From assembly GCA_002010215.1 (NCBI GenBank), contig MTMY01000021.1, positions 1 to 64,000 on the forward strand: a stretch of 64,000 bases of DNA. The letters run 5' to 3'. This document shows positions 40,840 to 51,730 of the stretch, one piece after another (positions within the stretch are counted from its first letter, which is position 1; the number at the start of each line of letters is the position of its first letter). Position numbers and translations under genes: made by a program. The DNA is from Archaeoglobus sp. JdFR-37 (GTDB lineage Archaea; Halobacteriota; Archaeoglobi; Archaeoglobales; Archaeoglobaceae). The notes under the pieces are model-generated. The model saw nothing but the letters and a program-made list of their open reading frames with translations, ran no database searches and had not been told where the DNA came from.

Positions 40840-41919
40840 TCAATACTGCCTCAACAGCTCAACAAAGGTGTCAAAGAAGAAGTATGTGTCGTGGGGGCCA
40901 GGCCCCGCCTCAGGATGATACTGGACAGTGATGAGAGGAAAGTCCCTGTGAACAAGTCCCTCAACTGTATGATCGTTCAGATTGAGCTGGGTAACCTCAA
41001 AGCCTTTTGGAAGGGTTTTTTCGTCCACTGCAAATCCGTGGTTCTGACTGGAGATGAAAACCCTACCAGTTTCAAAGTCTTTAACAGGCTGATTGCTTCC
41101 ATGATGTCCGAATTTGAGCTTGAATGTCTTTGCTCCTAAAGCCAGTGCTGAAAGCTGATGACCTAAACATATACCAGCCAAGGGGATGTGTGATACAAGC
41201 TTGGAGATTGTTTCAATTGTCTCCTTCACTCTTGCAGGATCTCCGGGACCGTTGGATATGAAGACTCCATCAGGATTTATTTCCTTAATTTTCTCGGCTG
41301 GGAAGTTATAGGGAACAACTGTAAGGTTGATATCCCTTTTAAGTAGCTGCCTGATTATGCTGTTCTTGACGCCACAATCAACAAGCACAATGTGATATTT
41401 ACCCCCAACATTGATTTCTTTAGGCTCTCTGACGCAAACGCTGTCAACTAAATCGAGTTCAGTAATGGAGGGTTGCTCCACAGCTCTTCGAACAATCTCT
41501 TCTCTATCCAGTTCTTCTCCCATTGCAATAACAGCTTTCATTGCCCCATATATCCTTGTTTTCTTAGTGAGCATTCTAGTATCAACACCCTCAATCCCTG
41601 GCACATTGTACTCTTTCAGCAGCTCATCGACACTTATCTCGCTTCTCCAGTTGCTTGGATGTCTGCAGAGTTCTTTCACAACAAATCCTTCAACCTTAAC
41701 ACCATCACTCTCAAAATCCTCTCTGCAAACACCGTAATTTCCGATGAGAGGATAGGTCATCATGAGAATTTGTCCTTTGTAGCTGGGATCTGTCAGAGCC
41801 TCAACATAACCAGTCATACTGGTATTGAAAACCAGCTCACCTTCGCAATCCCTCTCAGCTCCAAAGGGCTTTCCTTCTACATAAGTCCCATCTTCAAGGG
41901 CCAGTGCCGCTTTAAGCAT
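40840..41919 (-). CDS. carA: Carbamoyl-phosphate synthase small subunit
   Basis: SNGPGDP, GICLGHQ and QYHPEAGPGPHD motifs. Confidence 0.98.
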   Translation of the reverse strand: MLKAALALEDGTYVEGKPFGAERDCEGELVFNTSMTGYVEALTDPSYKGQILMMTYPLIGNYGVCREDFESDGVKVEGFVVKELCRHPSNWRSEISVDELLKEYNVPGIEGVDTRMLTKKTRIYGAMKAVIAMGEELDREEIVRRAVEQPSITELDLVDSVCVREPKEINVGGKYHIVLVDCGVKNSIIRQLLKRDINLTVVPYNFPAEKIKEINPDGVFISNGPGDPARVKETIETISKLVSHIPLAGICLGHQLSALALGAKTFKLKFGHHGSNQPVKDFETGRVFISSQNHGFAVDEKTLPKGFEVTQLNLNDHTVEGLVHRDFPLITVQYHPEAGPGPHDTYFFFDTFVELLRQY

Positions 41920-41953
41920 CCGAAATCAACTCCTGAACCAATTATATCTGCTC

Positions 41954-42967
41954 CTATACCAGCTCCTTAATCCTTCCTATTATTTCCCGGAGCGAGTCCA
42001 CCTCAAATACCTTCCTGCCAGTTATCTCGTTGCAGCAGGCCATGTACATGTCTGAAACTGCCTTTTTGAGTTCTTCAGGTAGCCTTGGTGGTGCTCCAAG
42101 AATTCTCCGCCAGTCTTCCTCTCCCTTAAGAATCTGCAACCGCTTATACCAGTCAGTCTTCCTGTAATGCCTTCTCAGCACCTCCTTGCTTATTTCAATA
42201 CCATCATAGCTAAATCTGCATTCGTCAGGTGTACCAACAGAATCTACAACCATTAGCTGCCTCGACTCATCAAATGCCAGCTCAATTTTCCCGTCCTCGT
42301 TAATAATCCCTGCTTTCTCCGTCTCTCTGGTGATGATCTCATCAACCGTAGTTGCCACTCTGCATATCTCCAAGAGTTCATCCTCACTAATAGAGCAGAT
42401 ATCTAGCACTTCATTTCTGTTGAGATACCTATCCTCGCTCTCCAGCTTGGTGCTGAAGTCTATGAAGGGGTTTGCCAGCCTCTCACCAGGTTCCGGCATC
42501 CTCGACAGTCCAAGCTCAGATAGCGTGATCTGACCTTTTTCAAGTCTTCTGAAAACACTACTCCCCTCAGGCAATGAATTGCGGTAGATTACTTCCACAG
42601 GAATCAGAAAATTTCCCTTCAGAGATTTATAGGATGAGTAATCATAACCATTTTTCTTTTCAAGATGTATAACTCTGACGAGCCGGATTTCCATGACGTT
42701 GACCGCTTCATCCACCTCATCAAACCTCTTCAGCTTCTTCTGCTCAGCATCATAAAGGCCCAGATAATGTGTTTTGATTCCTGCTTCCTCAAGCCTCTCG
42801 AAGAAATATGCGGAAAGCATGCACAAAGCCTTACCTTTCCCGTTAATGGGATCGGGCATCTCGCCGTAATCAAAGACAGAATAGCGGTCTGAGAAAACGA
42901 AGCGGCCTACGCCGAGTTTACCCTCTTTCGGCTCTTCCAGAATTACCAGATCTTTCACACTTCCCAT
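41954..42967 (-). CDS. purC: SAICAR synthase
   Basis: GSVKD, FSDRYSVFD, DGKIE and GTPDECR motifs. Confidence 0.95.
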   Translation of the reverse strand: MGSVKDLVILEEPKEGKLGVGRFVFSDRYSVFDYGEMPDPINGKGKALCMLSAYFFERLEEAGIKTHYLGLYDAEQKKLKRFDEVDEAVNVMEIRLVRVIHLEKKNGYDYSSYKSLKGNFLIPVEVIYRNSLPEGSSVFRRLEKGQITLSELGLSRMPEPGERLANPFIDFSTKLESEDRYLNRNEVLDICSISEDELLEICRVATTVDEIITRETEKAGIINEDGKIELAFDESRQLMVVDSVGTPDECRFSYDGIEISKEVLRRHYRKTDWYKRLQILKGEEDWRRILGAPPRLPEELKKAVSDMYMACCNEITGRKVFEVDSLREIIGRIKELV

Positions 42968-43026
42968 CTGGAATCGCTCCTCCCCATCTCAATTAATAAA
43001 CTTTTTCTAACATTTCCCCTGACATC

Positions 43027-43512
43027 CTAATAGTTCCTGACATCTTCATCTGCAGCATACAATTCTTCTCTTTTAGACTCCTGATATTTCCTGACCATCT
43101 CTGCCACCTCTTGGTATTTCAGAGCGAAGATCTTGGCTGTTGCCAACGCAGCATTCTCGGCATCCATCACCAGCATCGGCGCAACACCTGAGGGCATTCT
43201 TATGGATGATAATATATCCATCCCGGCAAAAGTGTCGCTATAAGGCGGGCAGGCAATGACAGGCTTGGATGTGTTAGCATCCACAAACCCGCTTAGAGCA
43301 TTGCTCCTCCCAGCAACAGTTATAAAAACAACCTCATCATTTTCATATTCCCTGAGTATCTCCAGCACCTTTTCAGGAGTTTTGTGAGCTGAGGCAACCC
43401 TCATAATGGCTTTAATCTCAAATTCTGCCAGCTTTTCAGCTATTTTCTCACAATGCTTCAAATCCGCTTTTGATCCCATCAATATCACAGCTTTCAATTT
43501 ACCCTCCCCCAT
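43027..43512 (-). CDS. purE: AIR carboxylase
   Basis: MGSKAD, SAHKTP and AGRSNALSG motifs. Confidence 0.93.
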   Translation of the reverse strand: MGEGKLKAVILMGSKADLKHCEKIAEKLAEFEIKAIMRVASAHKTPEKVLEILREYENDEVVFITVAGRSNALSGFVDANTSKPVIACPPYSDTFAGMDILSSIRMPSGVAPMLVMDAENAALATAKIFALKYQEVAEMVRKYQESKREELYAADEDVRNY

Positions 43513-43562
43513 TATCTTTTCTTATTTCCTCTCATCAAACGTGGTCTCAATTCCTATACTGC

Positions 43563-43853
43563 CTATTTCTCTCCAGCAAGAACTGAGACCACCCTATTAT
43601 ACACCTCCAGTAGCTCCTCGATTTCAGGAATTTTTACGTAGTAAAACTTTTCTGGTGGTCTCATTTCGTATTCAAGAATACCAAGGTCGTAAAGGAGTTT
43701 GAGATGTCTTGATGCAGTATACTCGGTTATTTTGAGCTCTTCAGCTATCTGATGCACACTCATTTTACCTCGTTTCATTATGAGTTTCAGTATTTCCCGC
43801 CTTATTCTAGCCCTGAGGGCTCTGGCGAGTTTTTCATCTGGCATGAAAACCAC
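43563..43853 (-). CDS. ArsR-like wHTH regulator
   Basis: RREIL...SVHQIAEEL...ASRHLKLL motif. Confidence 0.8.
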   Translation of the reverse strand: MVFMPDEKLARALRARIRREILKLIMKRGKMSVHQIAEELKITEYTASRHLKLLYDLGILEYEMRPPEKFYYVKIPEIEELLEVYNRVVSVLAGEK

Positions 43854-44047
43854 CCAATATTCTGAGACTTTTTAAACCTCGGAATTTTTCGAATTTCATC
43901 CCTTTAATTTTTTCATATTTCCACGATTTATCTTTGCTTAACTTATACGATGGTGGGCTTCGATCAACCTCGATTCAAGTTAGTACTGTAATTGAACTAT
44001 AACTATTCCTTAACTATATTCCTCAAAAAAGAAATCTGAATTTACTA

Positions 44048-45199
44048 TTAGGTCTCGTATTCCCGGAGACTTATGGATTCAACAGGGCAGCTTTCCGCAC
44101 AGAGCCCACACATTGTGCAGCTGGATGCATCAACCGGACGGAGCTTTCCATTAGATATCTCCATGGTAATTCCTCTCTTTATCTGAGGACAGTATGACTC
44201 GCATATCCCACACCCAGAGCAGAACTGATCCACTTTTATTTGCCTAAGTCTCCTGGTTTCAACCTTCTTATTCAAATCCACAGGTAATGGAACTACGCTC
44301 AATTCTGCTGCCAGCTTTCTATCTATCTTTATAGCATTCCCAGGACAGAACCTCTCACACGCTCCACATAAGTTGCATCTCTCCGTAAACACCACGTTTT
44401 TGTCAGGGGAGTAAGTATAGTGTATAGCCATGTTGGGGCAGACATTCATACATATTGAGCAATCAAATCCGAAACACTGCTCCTTATCGAAATGCTGTAC
44501 TCCACTGAGAAGTTTACTGACATGAATTGCATTTTCGGGGCAGACTTCAGAACAGATGCCACACATAGAGCAAAGGTCTCCATCAACAACAACTTCCCCC
44601 CTGATGATTTCTTTGCGTGCTGGCTGGAATCTGCATGAGTCACAATGAATGTGTATTACTGAGCGGGGGCACACCCAAGAACATATCTCACAGTAGATGC
44701 ACTTGTCTCCATTTATTGTCGGAGCGCCTTTTTCCAGTCGAACAGCCTTTGTCGGGCAGTTTATCACACAGAGCCTGCATTCGATGCATCTCTCTTTATC
44801 TCTGAGTTCAATCCAGCCACCTCTTATTTTGCTAAGATCTAGTTCTCTTTTGACCTTTATAGCGTCTCTTGGACAGAATTCCATACACAATCCACAGTAA
44901 ACACACCTATCTTTATCTACATCCACTTTTTTGAATCCAAACTCTTCTTGGAATATTTCCGAATAAATGCTGCCAGAATCCCCGTTTCTGATTACCTGAA
45001 TAGCACCATAAAAACAGAAATCCGAACAGAGACCACAAAGAGAGCAATTATCGTTTACCCTAACATCAAACTTTCGATTATCTCTGAATATCTGAATTGC
45101 GTTATTAGGACAAACTATCTCACACAATCCGCATCCTGTACATATTTCACCTCTGAAACTCAATCCCTGCAACAGCCGCACCTCACCACCTCTTTGCAC
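44048..45199 (-). CDS. Polyferredoxin (FwdF-like)
   Basis: About ten CxxCxxCxxxC(P) motifs. Confidence 0.85.
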   Translation of the reverse strand: MQRGGEVRLLQGLSFRGEICTGCGLCEIVCPNNAIQIFRDNRKFDVRVNDNCSLCGLCSDFCFYGAIQVIRNGDSGSIYSEIFQEEFGFKKVDVDKDRCVYCGLCMEFCPRDAIKVKRELDLSKIRGGWIELRDKERCIECRLCVINCPTKAVRLEKGAPTINGDKCIYCEICSWVCPRSVIHIHCDSCRFQPARKEIIRGEVVVDGDLCSMCGICSEVCPENAIHVSKLLSGVQHFDKEQCFGFDCSICMNVCPNMAIHYTYSPDKNVVFTERCNLCGACERFCPGNAIKIDRKLAAELSVVPLPVDLNKKVETRRLRQIKVDQFCSGCGICESYCPQIKRGITMEISNGKLRPVDASSCTMCGLCAESCPVESISLREYET

Positions 45200-45414
45200 T
45201 ATTGTGCAACCTTAACAGTTAGTAATTTAAAAAATTTTTCGTGAGATATTTTACACAATTAGTCGAATTTGCCAAAAATTACTACTCTGTAAATCAATAA
45301 GTCAATTTGCATTCATCAACTATGCTTAATTAAATTTTCCGCAGAGGAGCTTGTCGATTTAGGTATAAACAATGGCAAAACCCTTTTGAAACCAGCCGTA
45401 TTTAACACCTTTAA

Positions 45415-46449
45415 ATGCTCGTATTGAGAACAGACCTCAAAAATCCAGACGAAAAGACACTGAAATTTGCAGCTGAGATTATCAGGGAAGGCGGTCTTGT
45501 CGCTTTCCCAACAGAAACTGTTTACGGACTTGGTGCTGATGCCTTAAACAGCAAAGCAGTCAGAAGAATCTTTGAAGCCAAAGGTAGACCAGCAGATAAC
45601 CCTCTCATCGTCCATATCTCCGACTTTGAAACCATCGAAAAACTGGCTTTCGTTACTGAAACTGCCAGAAAACTCATGAAAAAATTTTTCCCCGGCCCTC
45701 TGACCCTAGTGCTGAAGAAAAGAGACGTGGTTCCCGATATTACAACTGGTAGACTCGATACGGTTGCGATACGGATGCCCGACCATCAAGTAGCTTTAAA
45801 ACTTATCGAACTCAGCGGAACTCCAATTGCTGCACCTTCAGCCAATATATCTGGAAAACCAAGTCCAACAAAAGCCGAACATGTAATTGAAGATTTTTCT
45901 GACAAAATTGAGTGTGTCATTGATGGTGGTGAGACGAAAATTGGTTTAGAATCAACGGTAGTGGATGCCAGAAAAGAGCCTGTCGAGATTCTCAGACCCG
46001 GTGCTGTGACAGCAGAGGAGTTATCAGAGGTTGTGGAAATAACCCATTACAGATCTGGCACTATTCGCTCACCAGGGATGAAATACAGGCATTACTCGCC
46101 AAAGGCAGAACTGATTGTGCTTGTAGGGGAAATGGGGGGAGCCGGAGAGACGGAGGAGCAGGTAAAAAGGAAAGTAATAGGGCTAGCTGAAGAACTTAGA
46201 AAGAAGGGTTTCAGAATAGGACTTGCTGTAAGGAGTGGTAGAAACTTGAGAAAGAGAGATTTAAGAGGGTTCGAGATTATAGAGCTTGGAGAGAGTATTG
46301 AGGAAGTGGCAAAAAGGTTGTTCTCAGCTTTAAGAGAGCTTGACAGAAGAGGGGTTGATGTGATTATAGCAGAAGGCGTAGAAGAGAAGGGCTTGGGTAC
46401 TGCTATAATGAACAGGCTAAAAAAGGCTGGTAGAGTATACAGAGTGTGA
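45415..46449 (+). CDS. sua5: Threonylcarbamoyl-AMP synthase
   Basis: FPTETVYGLG, KGRPADNPLIVH, PSAN and PGMKYRHYSP motifs. Confidence 0.96.
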   Translation: MLVLRTDLKNPDEKTLKFAAEIIREGGLVAFPTETVYGLGADALNSKAVRRIFEAKGRPADNPLIVHISDFETIEKLAFVTETARKLMKKFFPGPLTLVLKKRDVVPDITTGRLDTVAIRMPDHQVALKLIELSGTPIAAPSANISGKPSPTKAEHVIEDFSDKIECVIDGGETKIGLESTVVDARKEPVEILRPGAVTAEELSEVVEITHYRSGTIRSPGMKYRHYSPKAELIVLVGEMGGAGETEEQVKRKVIGLAEELRKKGFRIGLAVRSGRNLRKRDLRGFEIIELGESIEEVAKRLFSALRELDRRGVDVIIAEGVEEKGLGTAIMNRLKKAGRVYRV

Positions 46450-46475
46450 AGCAGCTCAACTGCTCAATTGCACCC

Positions 46476-46838
46476 CTATGCAATATACTTTTTTATTTTC
46501 TCAACAAGTTCGTTTCTCCTTATGGGTTTTGAAATCACCTCTTTGGCTCCAGCTTCCAGCATGTTCCTCCCTTTTGTAGGAGCATAGGCCGAGATGGCTA
46601 TAACAACAGCATCCGGATCTAATTTAATTATCTCCTTTGTAGCCTCAATCCCATCCATCTCAGGCATTACGATGTCCATTAGAACAACATCTGGCCTGTG
46701 CATTTGATAAAGAATTACAGCCCTTCTTCCGCTATCAGCCTCAATCACTTCAAAATCTGAGAGCATGGTTTTCAGGATTTCCCTAAGTAATTCATCATCG
46801 TCTGCAATAAGAATTCTGGCAATGTTTTTCACCACCAT
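46476..46838 (-). CDS. Stand-alone response regulator (REC only)
   Basis: ADDD, MDIVMP and KP motifs. Confidence 0.92.
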   Translation of the reverse strand: MVVKNIARILIADDDELLREILKTMLSDFEVIEADSGRRAVILYQMHRPDVVLMDIVMPEMDGIEATKEIIKLDPDAVVIAISAYAPTKGRNMLEAGAKEVISKPIRRNELVEKIKKYIA

Positions 46839-46899
46839 GTTACATGATAATGATAACCATTATATATGACTTTTGGTTAGTAATTATTAGTGATTAACG

Positions 46900-49362
46900 A
46901 TGCCAGCCCACCCTTATGAAAATTCTGGCGTTCGGGAAATTGTGAACCGAACAGATGCTTACGTAGTCCTAATTGATGAAGATTTTAACATATTCCAAGT
47001 AAATAAAAAAATGAGGGAAAAATTCGGAGAAGTTGAGGGAATGAAATGTTATCAAGTCCTTCACTCTTTACCCCATCCTCCCGATCACTGTCCTGTATTG
47101 AAAATGGCTAAAGATAGAGAGGTAAACATCGCCTACGAACATTCTCTTGGCAAGCTCGTTAAAATTGAGACAAAGAGAGTGGTAATAGACAATTCAGAAT
47201 ATCTTCTGCATATTATGGAAGATCTAACACCTGATGTGGAACGAGAGGCTTTTGAGAAGGTTATGGGAGAAATTAAGGAAAAATATAAAAACATCATAGA
47301 TAATGTACCTGTTGGTATATTCATATTCCAAGACGGGAGATTCGTTTTTGTAAATGAAGAACTGACAAGGATGACTGGCTATTCCAAAGTTCAGCTCCAC
47401 AGACTCGACCCCTTCATCCTGCTACACCGAGATTATGTTGAAGAAACAAAGAAATATTCTGAGTTTGCTCTAGCAGGAAACACCGAAAAGCTGCCGGACT
47501 ATTTCATTGTTAAACTGATCAGAAGAGATGGAAGCGAGATCTGGGTAGAGTTCAAATATAATCTGATAAACTACAGAGGTAAACCTGCACTTCTTGTAAG
47601 CGCTGTTGATGTGTCTGAGATTAAAAAATTGAAGGAGAGAATTAAGGAGAGTGAGGAATCCTTCAGAGCTCTTGCTGAAAATGCTATTACAGGAGTTCTC
47701 GTTTACCAAGACGATTATTATGTCTATGTCAATCCCGTAGTGGAAAAACTAACTGGATATACGCGAGAAGAACTGATGAGTGCCCCTTTCTGGGAGTTTG
47801 CTCACTCAAGTATTAAAGAAGTTGTAAAGGATAGGGGGAGGAGGAGACAAAGAGGTGAGAAGGTAGAACCCACGATATACGAGATTCCATACTTAACGAA
47901 GAGCGGAGAAGTCAGATGGGGACTATTTGCTTTCTCCAACACAATATATAATGGAAAGCCAGCAGGTGTTACAATATTCTTTGACATTACTGAGAAGAAG
48001 ATGTTGGAGGAGAGGCTTAAAGAGTCAGAACAGAAATTCAGAATGCTTTTCGAAAACGCCAATGACGCCATCTTCATCCATGAGTTTGATGGACGAATTA
48101 TAGAAGTCAATCAGACTGCATGCAAACGTTTAGGCTATACAAAGGAGGAATTGCTGAATATGACTCCTATGGATATTGACACGCCAGAATATGCCGCCCT
48201 CGTACCCAAAAGGATTGAAGAGCTTCGTGAGAAGAGACATTTAATCTTCGAGACTGCCCATGTCAGCAAAGATGGAAGAGTTATCCCAACTGAAATAAGC
48301 GGCACTGTAATCGAATTTGGTGGAAGACAAGTGATTCTTAGCATTGCTCGAGATATCTCAGACCGGAAACAGGCAGAGCAGTTCTTCGAGGGGCTATTCA
48401 CAAATTCACCGATAGGTGTCTATATAGTCCAAGATGGGAAATTCAAAATGGTTAACCCTCAGTTTCTGAAAATAACTGGGTACAGCCGAGAGGAGTTGTT
48501 AGGAAGAGACTCTCTAACCTTAGTTGTTCCAGAAGATAGAGGCCTTGTAAGGGAGAAAGCTATCAAAATGTTAAAGGGAGAGTGTTTTACGCCTTACGAG
48601 TACAGAGCCATATCCAAAAACGGAGAAATAAAATGGGTCATGGAGACTGTCACGTCAATTCAGTACCAAGGTAGAAGAGCTGCATTAGGAAGCTTTATGG
48701 ATGTAACTGAACGAAAAGAGGCTGAAAAGGCAATAATCCAACTCAATGAAGTTTTGAGGCTAATAAACAAAATAATCAGGCATGACATACTCAATAATTT
48801 GAGTGCTATCAGTGGAGCCCTTGAAACATTTGTAGAGACCCGGGATGAGAGGTTACTTGAAACTGCCCGAAAGGCGGTAGATAAAGGTATAGAGCTTATA
48901 AAAAGGATGAGAGAACTAGAGCTTCTAGTTTCCTCTGCTGGCGATTTAAGACCATTTAGCGCAAGAGAGGTAGTCAAGGAAGTTGTAAAAGACTATCCAA
49001 TCGAGTTTAATGTAGAAGGTGACTGTCAGGTTCTGGCAGATGATGCCCTAATTTCAGTAATTGATAACATCGTAAAGAATGCAATAATACACAGCGAATC
49101 AGAAAAAATCGACATAAAAATTGAGAAAAAAGGAGAGTTCTGCGAAATAAAGATAGTAGATTACGGCAAGGGTATTCCCGATGAAATAAAGGACAGAATC
49201 TTCGAGGAGGGTTTCAAATACGGGAAAACAGGGCGTTCCGGTCTGGGGCTGTATATCGTCAAGAAGATGGTTGAAAGATACGGTGGAGATGTGAGAGTAG
49301 AAGACAATCAACCCAGAGGCAGCATTTTTATTATACGATTAAAGGTGGTCAAAAATGGCTAA
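46900..49362 (+). CDS. Cytoplasmic multi-PAS sensor histidine kinase
   Basis: Five PAS-like repeats; RHDILNNL H-box; N box, DYGKGI and GLGL. Confidence 0.93.
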   Translation: MPAHPYENSGVREIVNRTDAYVVLIDEDFNIFQVNKKMREKFGEVEGMKCYQVLHSLPHPPDHCPVLKMAKDREVNIAYEHSLGKLVKIETKRVVIDNSEYLLHIMEDLTPDVEREAFEKVMGEIKEKYKNIIDNVPVGIFIFQDGRFVFVNEELTRMTGYSKVQLHRLDPFILLHRDYVEETKKYSEFALAGNTEKLPDYFIVKLIRRDGSEIWVEFKYNLINYRGKPALLVSAVDVSEIKKLKERIKESEESFRALAENAITGVLVYQDDYYVYVNPVVEKLTGYTREELMSAPFWEFAHSSIKEVVKDRGRRRQRGEKVEPTIYEIPYLTKSGEVRWGLFAFSNTIYNGKPAGVTIFFDITEKKMLEERLKESEQKFRMLFENANDAIFIHEFDGRIIEVNQTACKRLGYTKEELLNMTPMDIDTPEYAALVPKRIEELREKRHLIFETAHVSKDGRVIPTEISGTVIEFGGRQVILSIARDISDRKQAEQFFEGLFTNSPIGVYIVQDGKFKMVNPQFLKITGYSREELLGRDSLTLVVPEDRGLVREKAIKMLKGECFTPYEYRAISKNGEIKWVMETVTSIQYQGRRAALGSFMDVTERKEAEKAIIQLNEVLRLINKIIRHDILNNLSAISGALETFVETRDERLLETARKAVDKGIELIKRMRELELLVSSAGDLRPFSAREVVKEVVKDYPIEFNVEGDCQVLADDALISVIDNIVKNAIIHSESEKIDIKIEKKGEFCEIKIVDYGKGIPDEIKDRIFEEGFKYGKTGRSGLGLYIVKKMVERYGGDVRVEDNQPRGSIFIIRLKVVKNG

Positions 49363-51679
49363 AAGGCTACTATCAACTCTTTTCTTAATCCTTTTTTTCA
49401 CACTCACTCCTCCTTCATCCGCATGGGTAGTGGGGATTGACGAAAATTACCCACCTCATGAATTTGTAGAAAATGGAGAAGTCAAAGGTTTCAACGTAGA
49501 CTTAATAAAAGCTATGGCTGAAGTTGTGAACGAGAGTGTAGAGTTCAAACCCATGCCCTGGAATTCGGTGATGAAGTCACTGAATAACGGCAGTATAGAT
49601 ATGGCGTTTATGGCTGCCTATGAACCGAGAAAAGAATTTTACGATTTTACTAATCCTATTCTTAATATTACACTGGCAATCTTTGTCAAGAATGATGTTT
49701 ACGGAATTGCATCCCTCAACGACCTAAAAGACCATACTGTGGTGGTAGAGCGAGGAGATATAGCTCATGAGATTATCTCAGGAAAGGGTGCTAATGTCAT
49801 CGCAGTGGATAACCAGAGAGAGGCAATGGAAATGCTGGCAAGAGGAGATGCTTTTGCTTACTTCGGGAACTATTATACAGGACTTTATCTGATTCAAAAA
49901 TACGGATATAGCGATATAAAAGTCATTGGTGAAAAAATAAATGTCGGATACCGGGCTATAGCAGTTAAAAAAGGCAATATTGCACTACTGAACCAGCTGA
50001 ATTATGCCCTAGATACCATAAAGTCTAATGGAAAATATGACGAAATCTATGAGAAATGGTTTGGCAGACCTGTTATAGCTGGATGGGTGAAGTACGTTTT
50101 GATACTAGGTGGTCTCGCTTTGACCGCATCAACCATATTCACCATTTTCACATGGTATTTCAACAGGAAAATAAAAGAGAAGACTCAGGAACTCAAAGAG
50201 TCAGAGAGAAGGTACAGAGATTTATGGGAAAACGCAAATGACATCCTCTACATACACGACATTCATGGAAATTTCATCGAAATGAACAAAGTTGGAAGGG
50301 AGATAACAGGATACAGCAAGGAAGAGATAAAAAAGATTAATATCAGAGATATTGTCGATGAGAAGTACCTACCTCTGGCAATTCAGAAAATGAGGGAAAA
50401 AGTGCTGACAGGTCAGCCAACCGACCCCTACGAGCTTCTATGCCGTACCAGAGATGGGAGAGAGATCTGGGTAGAGATTAGATCACGCCCAATAATTGAG
50501 AACGGTGTGGTTGTGGCTGTAGAGGGTGTAGCAAGAGATATTACAGAGCGGAAGAAGATGATTGAGGAGTTGCAGAAATACGAGAGATTCTACAAAAACG
50601 CCCAAGATTTATTCTTTATAATTGGAAGGGATGGGAAGTTTATAAGTGTAAACCCCAAATTTCCAGAGCTTCTCGGGTATGATGGCGACGAAATAATTGG
50701 ACGAACATCCAGAAAGCTGATCCACCCTGACGAAGTCGAACTTGTAAGAGAGTTTTTCAATAGAGCACTGAAAGGGGAAACTGTAAGGAGCGAGTTCAGG
50801 GCTGTGACGAAAGATGGTAGAGTGCTGTGGTTTGACCTTGTAGAGTGGCCCGTTTTTAAAGATGGTGAAGTTGTTGAAGTTGAGGGGATAGTGAGGGAGA
50901 TAACTGAAAGGAGAAGAATGGAGGAGGAGATAATTAAGGTAAACAGGCTCCTCAGGACCATTAACAATATCAATAAGCTGATGGTTCATGAGCGAGACAA
51001 AAACGTGCTTCTTCAAAAAGCATGTGAGGAGTTGACTAGTCTTGAAGAGTACTATTCAGCGTGGATTGGACTGATTGATAACAAAACCATCGTCCCTATT
51101 GCGATGGCGAAAGCAGAGATAGATATCTCAAAACTCACAATAGATCTCGCAAAAACCCCGCCATATGATTGTGTAAGGTTGGCTGTAGAGAATAAGGTAA
51201 TTGAGGTGCGAGACCCATCTGAACACGAGGTTTGCAGAATTTGTCCTTTACATTCATTCCATAGAGTCTGCATGGTCGTTCCAATGATTGTAGACGGCGA
51301 AGTTATAGGGGTCGTGGTAATATATTCAAAGGGGAAACAACCGCTTGATAAGGAAATAGAGCTGCTTCAGACTCTTGCCAATGATCTTGCTTTTGCAATA
51401 AAATCAGTAGAGATCGAAGAGCAGAAAAGAGTGGCTTACGAACAAATAGAAAAGAACATTGAGCAATTCGCTATTCTGGTTGATAGAATAAGAAATCCCC
51501 TATCAGTCATTATAGGATACACTGAACTCAAAGAAGAAATGAAAGAAAAAATGGATGACGACAGGATATTTGAAATAATCGCACATAATGCCAAAGAGAT
51601 TGAGAGAATAGTCCAGCAACTGGATAAAGGCTGGATTGAATCCGAAAAAATCAGAGTATTTCTAAGAAAAAGTGGGTGA
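49355..51679 (+). CDS. Membrane sensor: family-3 solute-binding domain, TM, 2xPAS, GAF and a His-less HisKA-like helix; no ATPase domain
   Basis: YPPHEF...GFNVDL...KWF binding domain; C-terminal LVDRIRNPL; ends without N/G boxes. Confidence 0.85.
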   Translation: MAKRLLSTLFLILFFTLTPPSSAWVVGIDENYPPHEFVENGEVKGFNVDLIKAMAEVVNESVEFKPMPWNSVMKSLNNGSIDMAFMAAYEPRKEFYDFTNPILNITLAIFVKNDVYGIASLNDLKDHTVVVERGDIAHEIISGKGANVIAVDNQREAMEMLARGDAFAYFGNYYTGLYLIQKYGYSDIKVIGEKINVGYRAIAVKKGNIALLNQLNYALDTIKSNGKYDEIYEKWFGRPVIAGWVKYVLILGGLALTASTIFTIFTWYFNRKIKEKTQELKESERRYRDLWENANDILYIHDIHGNFIEMNKVGREITGYSKEEIKKINIRDIVDEKYLPLAIQKMREKVLTGQPTDPYELLCRTRDGREIWVEIRSRPIIENGVVVAVEGVARDITERKKMIEELQKYERFYKNAQDLFFIIGRDGKFISVNPKFPELLGYDGDEIIGRTSRKLIHPDEVELVREFFNRALKGETVRSEFRAVTKDGRVLWFDLVEWPVFKDGEVVEVEGIVREITERRRMEEEIIKVNRLLRTINNINKLMVHERDKNVLLQKACEELTSLEEYYSAWIGLIDNKTIVPIAMAKAEIDISKLTIDLAKTPPYDCVRLAVENKVIEVRDPSEHEVCRICPLHSFHRVCMVVPMIVDGEVIGVVVIYSKGKQPLDKEIELLQTLANDLAFAIKSVEIEEQKRVAYEQIEKNIEQFAILVDRIRNPLSVIIGYTELKEEMKEKMDDDRIFEIIAHNAKEIERIVQQLDKGWIESEKIRVFLRKSG

Positions 51680-51730
51680 TGGGATGTTGAGCAGTTTCAC
51701 TCCGAAGGTTAGGCTGTAATTGTATCTGTA

